Part shown: in pieces, positions 22,934 through 34,300 of the stretch
Numbering within the stretch: the first letter of the stretch is position 1
How the letters are laid out: each line of letters starts with the position of its first letter
Assembly: GCA_002633005.1 (NCBI GenBank)
Contig: NMRA01000229.1
Location: forward strand, 332,698 to 393,622
Origin: Phoronis australis
Lineage: Eukaryota; Animalia; Phoronida
Direction: 5' to 3'
DNA length: 60,925 nucleotides
The notes under the pieces: model-generated
What the model saw: only the letters and a program-made list of their open reading frames with translations
Databases searched by the model: none
Told to the model about the DNA's origin: nothing
Program-made: the position numbers and the translations under genes

Positions 22934-25900
22934 TACGGCGTTGCCAGGGTTATTTTCTCTACTCATGATACGGTTATATCCTCTAGCAAAACTGTGGGAA
23001 AATAGTTCTGACGCATTTCACGATGCGATGTGATAACACACTTATTTCACGGCAGCATCACCACATACATGTACATACATGTATGATAATGGCTGATATT
23101 TATCACATTTCTTCGTTTAATCGAACCACAAAACTGGTATCTACGGAAAATCATATTTCGGAAGCCAGTTTGATAGTACAATAATTCGATTTAGTCCTAT
23201 TATATATATATAGCGAAGAACATCGTGCTTGCAGATAGTTTAGAAATAATCAATTTTTGAAGTTGGCGCACATCTAAACAAGATTTTAAGTCTCAACTTC
23301 CTTGTTTACGACAAGTAGGGATACTGTAAATCTACAGTTGTCAATACGTTTCTCATAATATCGCTAAAGTTAAACCTAGAACCACCTTTAAATTAAGTCT
23401 TGAAACAGCACTCGCTGTGCTTTATACGAAGTCCATTGAATACACTGAACCATAAATGAGATGGTTTTAGAATGTTTGAGGACCATGATGTATTAGTACT
23501 TTGAAAAGCTTTTTTATTGCACTGTGTCCTAGTTAAATAAATTCAATAATAGCAATGGAAATAGTAGTACTAATAATCATGATACTGCTTAGCCAAATCC
23601 ATTCCTTGTCAGCCCAGAGGGTGTTCCTATAGAAGAGGTACACCTGTATGCAAACAGTGCCAAACAAAAGGTTTTTTGTTCACAGCAAGAAATACACTCT
23701 GAAACTGTGTAAATTTCCAGTAAAAAGCTGCCTTTTCTGAATTTCTGGAACAGAACTGTTTAAAATTGGGAATTTTTACACAGAATTACTCTCTAAATAT
23801 TTACCATTTTGTTCGAGCGCACTTGCTAAATGGGTAGGTATTCAATTTTTGGGCGGCACCCCTTATGCAAAAACACTCGTATACTGTACCCCCGGCCGTG
23901 TCAGACACCTCTTGTTCGTGATTCTGGCCACATGCTTTGTGATAAAACGCTGGTTTCGTAAAATGTAACAATGACGAATTTCTCGCATATGCATTCGACC
24001 TAAAATGTAACAACTTGTTACATTTTAGGTGAAACCTAGCAACGTACAATGTAACAATGACGTAAAATGTATCAGTTGTTACATGCACATTTCGCGAAAT
24101 TGTTCCATGTCACACTCAAGCATACATCTGTACCCTAGAACAAGTTACTCTTGTAACGAGTTGTGAAGTTTGAGGGCTGTGTGGACGCTATTTAAACTAC
24201 ATGTAGTGCAACTTGTCCCAGTAGGGTGATTAGAGAGTAGAGTAGATGAGGGCGAAGCCCTCAGACAGCTTCGCGAGATCGGAGGATCTCGCCTTCTGTC
24301 CTTGCTGTGGTTGATNGGTGATAATACTGAAACACACATGGAAAACACCAAGATGTATTTTTAAAAAACACGTACCTGTTTTTGAAAGCTATACTTCTTT
24401 CTCCTTCTTGAAATATGGCCCATAATGTACTTTTCCTGCTAACAAATGATGCACTCATGTTTCAGAATGTTCCTATCTTGTTCAGGTTAATTGGGTGTTT
24501 CAGATTTTGGAAGTAATTGATTTTCTTGGGAAATCTTGGATAACATCTGTATCACTTTCAGCAACTTCAGCTTTAGTGCTACTGTTGGTGCCTTGAAACG
24601 TTGCTATGCCGTTCTATGTCCTTTCAAATTTTTGGTCTGACACTTGGTCTTCTAGTCTACAGCACTCAGCAGTATACTGTGTAGGCTACCAGGACATGCA
24701 GATGTTTTCTGCACAAACGTTTGTGACACCTCTTCTTCTTTTTGATCTACTGATCTACAGAGTTCCACAGTCAATCAGCTTTCGTCAGGAAGCTTTCCTA
24801 AGCTTCTATAGGCTCTGACATCACAATTTTGTGCTGTTTGATAAACCTTGAATTACAAAGGCATCACACTCCATGGGAGCAGCCATATTGAAGTAACTAA
24901 GCACAACAATACAATCTGGCTCTCTGATTGGTCAATTCAATAGAAAAGCGCCATCAAGTGGCAGGAATGTGCATCATATTTTGTGCAACAAAAACATCTT
25001 TTTTTAAAAAAATGTGCAAGTGTAGACGTGGGAACTTTTCGGAATTTGATTTATGGGTATATTATCTAGCCACATAGAAAAAACTAGGTTGCCCCCCCAA
25101 AGTACTCACAAGGGTGAACGCTATGAGATCTGGCCCACCGACTATACGGCGTTGCCAGGGTTATTTTCTCTACTGATGATACGGTTATATGCTCCAGCCA
25201 AAACTGTGGGAAAATAGTTCTGACGCATTTCACGGTGTGATAACACAATTATTTCACGGCAGCATCACCACATACATACATGTATGATAATGGCTAATAT
25301 TTATCACATTTCTTCGTTTAATCGAACCACAAAACTGGTATCTACGGAAAATCATATTTCGGAAGCCAGTTTGATAGTACATGTACAATAATCCGATTTA
25401 GTCCTATTATATATATATAGCGAAGAACATCGTGCTTGCAGATAGTTCAGAAATAATCAATTTTTGAAGTTGGCGCACATCTAAACAAGATTGTAAGTGT
25501 CAACTTCCTTGTTTCCAATAAGTAGGGATACTCTAAATCTACAGTTGTCAAGACGTTTCTCATAATATCGCTAAAGTTGAACCTAGAACCACCTTTAAAT
25601 TAAGTCTTGAAACAGCACTCGCTGTGCTTTATACGAAGTCCATTGAATACACTGAACCATAAATGAGATGGTTTTAGAATGTTTGAGGACCATGATGTAT
25701 TAGTACTTTGGAAAGCTTTTTTATTGCACGGTGTCCTCGTTAAATAAAATTCAATAATAGCAATGGAAATAGTAGTACTAATAATCATGATACTGCTTAG
25801 CCAAATTCATTCCTTGTCAGCCTAGAGGGTGTTCCTACAGAAGAGGTATGCAAACAGTTCCAAACAAAAGTTTTTTTTGTTTACAGCAAGAAATACATTC

Positions 25901-26480
25901 TGAAACTGAGTGAATTTCCAGTAAAAAGCTGCCTTTTCTGAATTTCTGGAACAGAACTGTGTAAAATTGGGAATTTTTACACAGAATTACTCTCTAAATA
26001 TGTACCATTTTGTTCGAGCGCACTTTCTAAATAGGCAGGTATTCAATTTTTGGGGGGCACCCCTCATGCAAAAACACTCGTATACTGTACCCCCCGGCCG
26101 TGTCAGACACCTCTTGTTCGTGATTCTGGCCACATGCTTTGTGATAAAACGCTGGTTTCATAAAATGCAACAATGACGAATTTCTCCCTTATGCATTCGA
26201 GGTGAAACCTAGCAACGTACAATGTAACAATGACGTAAAATGTATCAGTTGTTACATGCACATTTCACGAAATTGTTTCATGTCACACTCAAGCATACAT
26301 CTGTACCCTAGAACAAGTTACTCTTGTAACGAGTTGTGAAGTTTGAGGGCTGTGTGGACGCTATTTAAACTAGTGCAACTTGTCCCAGTAGGGTGATTAG
26401 AGAGTAGAGTAGATGAGGGCCAAGCCCTCAGACAGCTTCGCAAGATCGGAGGATCTCGCCTTCTGTCCTTGCTGTGGTTG
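22934..26480 (+). repeat. ~1.35-kb near-identical duplication across the N at 24316 (probably two alleles)
   Basis: 22934..24315 versus 25145..26480. Confidence 0.9.
24317..25144 (-). mobile_element. End of a DNA transposon with TAGTC terminus (Academ-like), present in one haplotype copy only
   Basis: Ends GATCTGGCCCACCGACTA immediately before sequence matching 22934 onward; the other end is lost in the N gap; superfamily inferred from the terminus only. Confidence 0.55.
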
Positions 26481-26680
26481 GTTTGTACGTGGATCGAGGG
26501 CAGGACCTGGTAGGCCGGTGGTGGTAGAGGTGGTGTGCTTGATCTTCTTCTGGAGACAAGACGCTGGCTGGATGGCAACAGCGTTATTGACATCGTAGGT
26601 GTGAAGCTGGCTTGATGGCAACAGCTTAGAGTTTGATTTGCATGAAGCCGGCTTGTTGGCAACAGCTGTCATGCTACTGA

Positions 26681-27150
26681 TTGGTTGTCTTTATACTGCC
26701 CCGTCGGGACAGTTTTTTACTTGGCGGAATTCTTCGAATTCCGCCAAGTATGTTGGTCTGACAGCAAGTTTTTTTGTTTTTTCTTGTTTGTTCGCACTCT
26801 ACAGGTCGCAATTTTCGTCCGATTTTCACGAAATTTTCACACAACGTGTAGATCGGAAAGTCCTGGAAGCCTATTGTTTTTTGGTCATGATCAGATACAA
26901 AATGGCGGACGTGGCGGCCATTTTGTAACCGATTTCACAGTCAAATACTCGTAGAGGCCGCATTTTTCAACGTAGATGGCTGAAAATCGGTACGAATATA
27001 CTAGTTTTATATTTTCCGGTGTCTTTATACTGCCCCGACGCCCCTTCGAAACAGTTACCAGTGTCACAGGGCCCGAACTCTTAGTGCTCCGGTACGTGGT
27101 TGTCACGACAGTTTGGTTATCTTTATACTGCCCCGTCGGGACAGTTTTTA
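26681..27150 (+). mobile_element. Cluster of Helentron-like ends and a truncated copy of the 2240-3957 family
   Basis: CTTTATACTGCCCCGTCGGGACAGTTTTT at ~26689 and 27121 (partial at 27023); perfect 15-bp stem TACTTGGCGGAATTC-TTC-GAATTCCGCCAAGTA at 26718-26750. Confidence 0.5.
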
Positions 27151-27249
27151 CCAGATGAGCAGGGCCAGGACCCTTAAGTGCTCCTGGAATAGGCTTGTCT
27201 CGGAAATGCGGCTTAGTGTGGCTTCGCGGAGTGACTGCAGCCTGTCTTT

Positions 27250-27398
27250 CGATTGTGGAAGAAGTACAGAAACTACAAAACTGGGCGCTGAGAATTGCTC
27301 TCGGACAGTCCAGATATTGCCGAACTGACACACTACACGAGCTTGCCGGAATGCAGACTGTCTCCGACAGGCTGCAGTCTAACTTGAGCCTTTTCTAA
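27250..27398 (+). mobile_element. Decayed LINE (Jockey/I-group-like) RT thumb-region fragment
   Basis: VQKLQNWALRIALGQSRYCRTDTLHELAGMQTVSDRL resembles the post-RT motif LQ..QN.ALR...GA.RY.....LH..A. Confidence 0.65.
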
Positions 27399-30300
27399 AC
27401 GCTGTACGGCCGCAGGCCTGGGGCAGAGCGGAAGTAATTACCCGCTGGAAGACAATTTTTCTTTTACGTTTCACAGTAGCTGTTCTTTATCGTGCACAGA
27501 GTAACAACTTCCGACTTATCACAGTTTATGGAAAATGTTTGTGAACGCTACATTTACTTAATATCCTCACTTCTAACCCGTATATCAAAAACAGGCTTTG
27601 TCACCTAGCAAAAGTATATATTTCATGAAGGGAAAAAGATCAGGGATTACAAAAAACGTTTTATATTTATATACCAGTATTATTATTATTATTACATTAA
27701 TACATTTTACGTCAACATTTCCCTTTACAAAGGTAATTATATTCATAGAAAAAAAACTCCTCTGTTGATTTTAATGAAACCCTTTTTAAATAAAAACTTC
27801 ACCACTATCTCAAAAAGCTGAACTTTTCGATTTGTCAAATTAGCTTGGTTTCTATGTCAAACCAACTCGCAAAACGTGCGGATTTTTTGTAAAAAATATC
27901 AGTCGTATTCGTCTTTGTTACATTATGCGAAAATTAGGCCTGGCAGTGTTTTTGAGATTGACGAATAAATATTAAATATGGAAAGCTTCAACGAAATCCA
28001 CCGTGGCGTTTTTGAGAACTCGCGTTCCTAAGTTAAAATTACGTCGACTTGCCTAAGCCGAGGAAAAGTAGTAAGCGGTGAAAGTCTCATGGTCTTCGGT
28101 TAATTATTCGGTGAAACTTGGTTTGGGTTAATATAACCTATGTACATGTATACAAACAATCCTTCAGCATGTTCGCTACTTCAACATACACTAGCAATGT
28201 CAACTGAATTAGCAGTGCATAATTAACTTTTTATCACTAATAAATCCGTTTTAACTCTGTGCGTGATACTTCAAGCATCAAGTGAATCGTGAGCAAGAAT
28301 TTGAAACAGCGGAATTTCAAATTACTGATCCAAATAATGATTTTAAGGAGATTATATCTTTTTTAACAACTTGCTGTGTTAGTGAACACTAAGTCACTGA
28401 GGCGGTTCAGCAACTCGGAGTCGGTGCATTTGTTCTCAATTGTCGTATACGCTGATGCTGACACACAAATCCCTCCAGACAAAAACTACATTTTATCTTC
28501 GTTTTCAGCGGCGTCTTTCTATGCTATTTACACCTCGTAGATTCAAAATTATGGCTACTCGGTGAATGAAAGGATTATGGGTACATTTGGAACTGTCACC
28601 GGGAGATTGGTCCTGTAACCTTTGACCTCGGATACGTAGTAAATAAATTGCCACGCTGTTGACAGTGGTTGTACTAATTATATGTTTGAAGGTCCCCGGG
28701 AATTATGATTGGATTTTTTTGCTTTAGATACGTGGAATATTGTAAAAAAGACCAATTTCGTGAATATGGTTTGATACATGTATAAAGTGGGGTAGGTTGC
28801 ACCAGTGCAATTGATCTAGAGTAACTTTGTGTGTGGACGTGCATGTATACGCATATCGGGACTGTCAAACAGGGGCATATATTTCATTACCTAATGTGAC
28901 AGAACTACTTTTGCGTTACTATAATAACAATCGCAACACAGTTGACCTCATTGTGGATGTTACCTTTAAAATGTGCGTTTCTTTTGAAATAGAATATGTC
29001 ATAGGTTGGAAGTGTGTCAAATGATAATACTTTAAAAAAGGATGGTTTGTGTTCTGCGGATTTTAACGAAAGTGAAGCCGAATTAGTATCTTCAACACGC
29101 ATGTGAGCATTGTAACCGCAATTGCATTGTAGTTGGTCTGAGTTATAATAAAAACAACTGTAAAAATATAATCTGAATAACATAAACTCCTGGGTGAATG
29201 GACACAACAAGAAGGAGGACTGGCTGCACATTTAACATTTCTTTAATATAATTTCCGTAACATTTCCAACCGTTCCAGCCCACGTGATCGGTAATTAATA
29301 TCAGCATGTGCCCAATACATGTTGACAGTACACGGATGTGTGTATTGTACATGATTCGCAACACGATGCCAATCTTTCCCTTACAAATACCGCTGAAGCC
29401 GACTCAACCTGCAGAATTCACTGGTTTGTGCGTCAGTGGGGATTACACATGGCGCTAAATGATGGGATTGTCAAGGTTGGACAGCTACAGTATTGCGTAG
29501 CTAGGGATTTGAAAGGTAACCCCTGCGCTGTGGAAGTCATTTGAGGCTCCGTTAGTCGGGTTGATACATGTATTGTGTATCGTATTCAATTTAAAACATT
29601 ACGTACTACGTGAATTATTAATTGATACAAGTATCGTACAGGTACAGTGTATACTCATGTAAACCGTTCTGCTTATTAACACTAGTTTTGTCTTGGCCGA
29701 TGTTAGGCCGCAGCTCAACGTTAATTATTGTTAATTCGTCGCATTGTCTATGGTCTTAACTTGTAGCCCAATAGCACGTTTCGCACGCTTCTCTAAATGA
29801 GTCTAACACAGATAACTTCATCCATGTTTATACGTATTTTTGAAAAGTTTAGTGTGAGTGCTCTATTGGTGCTCTGTGTTTGCTTACGTGCCTAACGGAT
29901 ATAATTGATGGCTCGAAGTCTGTTTCTCCCTCAGAAATGCCGGTAATTGAAAACGTCTAATGGATGAGTAGGCCATTTCCAGTCGCCAAAATAGTTTATC
30001 ACCCTTTTGTGCACCCACGGTCGCCCTCGACCACTGATGCAGGCTGTAACTTACTTGACCTGGACGTCTCATACCATAAGTATATTGTCAGAGGTCTCCC
30101 ACAGGTCGTGAGCATAATGAATTAATGGGTTAATTGCGGGTGATCGATGTATGCGCGCACCTTAGCTGCTTCGGTGACCTTCACGTTTTGAGCTATAAGG
30201 TCATGGTGTCAAAGTTGTAATTTCCCGAAAACATCTATTCGTATGCAATGTACGCTATTTCTTCCTTCCTGCACTATGTTGACACGTCGGGGTCACCAAT

Positions 30301-30869
30301 GTGCCACTCGTCGACGGGGAAGTTTCCCGTACATTTTGTGTTTACCTGTTTAGAAACACGTACTTGTTTATCTATGATTCACTTCCAATCACAAGTGTTT
30401 ATGGTTCTTCGAAAGTTCGTTTGTTTTTTTCGTTTCCCTGAGCAGGCCTCCTGCACATCAGTAGGCCTACTTTCAAGTTTGCGGTGTTCAACATTTTAAT
30501 TTTAATTAAAAGCTCATAGTTCTCCACCTGGGCATACATACTCTATACCTGACACGTACTGCATTCGTTTTCATGGTGCTGGTCACGGTCAGGGACCACT
30601 GTCTAATCTCCGTCGAACTCCGAGTCGACTCGGTGTTATTAAATTAGCCCATCGAATCTCGCCCCAAAATTCGTGCACACATTGATTGGTTAATCGTAGA
30701 GTCGACTTTCAAGTACAGAGATTATAATCCGTGCCCTGGTGCCGTATTTCATCTGCTTTATTTGGTCGATGGGACTTGGTGCACAACTATATGCTGGGCA
30801 CGCAGTGTCTGTAGCAACAATGAAATCCATTTTCACGCCTTTAGCCCAAATCGGGTGAACACAAAGAAA

Positions 30870-31026
30870 CCGGCCTCCCGTTCATTAACGCTAGGACCTC
30901 GTTAAAAAGCAAGACTTCGCGAGATTACGTGAGGTATTTCCGTGTATTTTAAGTGAGAGCACGTGACTAGAACTAGATTTTAGCTAGGCCCTAGCGTAGG
31001 TCCTAGCGTTACTGAACGTACGCCGG
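30870..31026. mobile_element. ~157-bp MITE; second, more decayed copy at ~48572..48727
   Basis: TIR CCGGCCTCCCGTTCATTAACGCTAGGACCT versus reverse complement of the right end CCGGCGTACGTTCAGTAACGCTAGGACCT; internal GCAAGACTTCGCGA and TAGATTTTAGCTAGG shared with the 48.6-kb copy. Confidence 0.7.
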
Positions 31027-31205
31027 GACAAGCTCATCGGTTGTGCAGGGGCCTGTAACCCCGACATGTTTTCCCACACTTTAAACGGCGACCTACGTGA
31101 AAACTTACGACTGGTCGCAAATCTCCAAAAACATAGACTTTTTAAAGAACGACTGAGTGACTGCCCTACCGACCGACCTAAATCTTCGTTCTGACATTAT
31201 TTTAG

Positions 31206-31348
31206 ATGACTGCGACACCTGTGAAACGCCTGCTGACAGCATGCGAGGTGCGCCTTGGGAGACGTATACCTTTACACTCCACGAAAACGGTGTCTTAGTG
31301 AAGGGAAATGATGATAATGAAGATGTTTTGCTCAAAGATCAGCCGTTG
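31206..31348 (+). CDS. Gene C exon (PH-like domain 1, N-terminal half; 5' boundary uncertain)
   Basis: Open frame DCDTCETPADSMRGAPWETYTFTLHENGVLVKG...DQPL; donor TTG|GTGAGT; acceptor CTGACATTATTTTAG. Confidence 0.7.
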
Positions 31349-34300
31349 GTGAGTTATATGAAATTCCTAATGCATCTCAAAGATTTCACTGAAAAATGAT
31401 GTCGATCACATGGGAGGCGCACCATAGGGAGCTATAGCCCCCCACTTATTTCAGTACTGCGCCGCCCATGCATCAGCCATTGATCGAGGTGCATTGGAAT
31501 GAGTTGTATTAAGGTTTTTTTATTTGGAAAAGTAGTTGAAAACCTGTGGATTCTACTCAACAAAAATATTTTTATAGATTAGAAATCATGTGTTTTTTAC
31601 TTTATACCATTATTCCAGTAGTTGACTCACACTGCCATGTCTGTTTGGTAAACGAATGTCAACAACCAAGGTACATTCATACCAACCAACGACAATAATA
31701 ACGTTGTCAAATTTTGTTTGTTAAAGCTATTCAACATGAAATCTCAGAACAGCAGTTTTATGAATGGTTTTGATTTCGCGTGACGTTTGAACATAATAAA
31801 AGCCCAATTTTCAATGCCCCCTCATGCAAGAGCAATATTTTGAAAATAATTCATAAAAGTGTTTTGGAGAACACTGCATAAATCATAGTATAATGAAAGC
31901 TTCATAAGAATCTGATCGCCCATCTCTGAGATATATTCCGAAGTTGTCGAAGTTTAGACATTTTTCTTGGGTAATACGTAACTTTGACGTTTGGTATCGG
32001 GAGCAGCCTACATGTGTTTGGCTAGCCAAACATTTTTTTCCTGGGCGCATGGAATGACTTGGCATGACAGGCCATGAAGACAACTGCTTGGATTAGAATC
32101 GTTACATTTATTTTGAAGCCAGAAAACTGCACTCTAGTATGAGTAAGAAATGTTTTTGCAACAGCAAGTGTGCAAAATAAAGTCATGTTAACGTGGGCGG
32201 TTTTACATGTCAATGCTCAAAATAAAACAGTAACGTCGGAGTTAGGGTCCTCAGAGAACTTCAAAGATGCATGCTCCTAACTAGGCTAATGTACAGCAGG
32301 AACTAAGTGCAGCTGTATTCACTGACAACTTGTAAATGTGAAAACAAAAATTTCCCCAAATAAGCGATCTTTGAACTAATGTTTCTTGGGGCTCGCATAA
32401 CCCGCATAACTGTGTGCTCAATGCTAACAGCTCGATTAGCTTGCAAGTTCCACTTTAGAGAGCCTTGTCAATTTGTTTTGTAATGAACATATTTCTCTTG
32501 TCCCAATTTTGTTCGTGTAGAAATGTCTTGGGAAAAACTCATTCTCCCTGCGCCATGCCGGAAGGTTTTGCTTGTCCAAACGTAGTGACTTACTTGTAAT
32601 AGTTAGGTATTGATCATCAATACCAAATCGGTGCGTACCCATTTCCTAAAGCTTCTAATTATGTTATGTACATGTATGTTTTAGTTGAAGATATTCGGAA
32701 GAGACTGGTTTGACGATCAAGACCTAACAATCCTCAATTTAGGATGGAGCGCAGCGGAATCGCACCGACAATTTTCAGTTTGCTTGCAATCTCCTCACGG
32801 AGTCCGAAGATATTTTTGTCCACCAAGAAGAGAGAATGCCAGCCAAGAGGACCTAGAACGAGAAATTGCCGAATGGACAAATGCTGCTAGCAAAAGCACG
32901 GCTGAAAAAAGATCCAAATTGAAGAAACGCAGCACATTTACGCAAGAGTTGAACGTCTCTGTTGTTTTCTGTGCGACTTTCATCAAAGCCAAACGTGAGT
33001 TGAGTTTTCGTTTTGGCGTCTAACCTTTTCACACATAACCACACGAAGGGGCGTGTGTGAATCGCCATTTTTCTCAGTAGCAAAAATTCTAGTCACCATG
33101 TGGAAGAAAAAAGGTATTCCAAACATGTTTAAAAGGTTCCGTAAAGCGGTCCATGACCCTGTATACGGAACATCGCTTTTTCGATGTTTTGGGAAGTATT
33201 TGCGTTGTACATGCACTTCATCTAAAGGGAAAATTATGACGCATGGGTGTAGTATTTTGTCACCTTAGTTGAGGGACCGTTCCCTCGCCTTGAAACTAAA
33301 GACTGCAAATCATTAAACGGAAATGCAGAGAGAGAGAAAGAGAGAGAGAGAAAATAAGGAGGAGGGGGAGTCAGAGGTGGGATGGGAAGTCTCGGGGAAT
33401 ATTGCTCTTCCTCCGTCAAAGTGACCCGATACAGCCAATGGATCCACCTATGTACATGTATGTGTTTTACTGTACGGACGCCGATGCTCCTTTGCCCTGT
33501 TTTTGGTCTATAAATATACTTTTATTCCAGGGCTGCTTTTACTTTTGTTCACCGATTATTTGAATTGAGGTACGATATCTTACCATATAGCTTGATGTAG
33601 TATGGTAATACTGACCAATCTGGCCATAGAATTTCATTTCCCGACGTCAGATGTCGCTGATTGAAATCTGACCAATCGGGTACTATAGAAACGCAAACCT
33701 TGACCAGCAGGCGACCAATCGGTGATAGTACAGTACATCAAAGCATCTGTCTAGTGAATGATTACCAGATTTTCTTTTTTTGAAATTAAGTGATTTTTGT
33801 TGAGGGTGGACGTATTTTATTTCAAATGGAATAACACGAACACTTAAAAAAGAGAGTAAACTTCTCTATTATTGAGAATTTCGAGGTTGTCTGCATCTAT
33901 TCTTCTTCAGGTGCCGCTGTGACCGGCTGTTGGGGTGAAAGATTTATCACAATTTGCAATGATGGCTATATGAGATATCATAACAAAAAAGGCGAAAGTC
34001 CCTACAAGATCTGGCATATACCATCGACAGTTCAGCGGGTAAGTTGCAGAGAAATAAACTCTGGTGACCGACAGTTAAATGTAGTATACCCTGACAGCAG
34101 ACAACGTACAGTATACAGCACTTGTAACCATACTCTTCTTATTGAGTCGGCCGGTTCTTTTGAATGAGCAGTCCCAAAGCTCATAGTGGACATGTAACTC
34201 GGAAAGTCTGAAGCGATTTCTTGAGTCGGTGATGGTGTCGATTTTCTTGTTGGTGTCGAAAATGGTATCATTTTATGGTAAGGAGTAGGCTATTCCGAGT

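Noticed and set aside
26318-26672. GC-richer low-complexity ORFs
   Set aside because: Adjacent to LINE and Helentron debris, with a frame-changing indel between the allelic copies; probably a retroelement remnant, family not identifiable.
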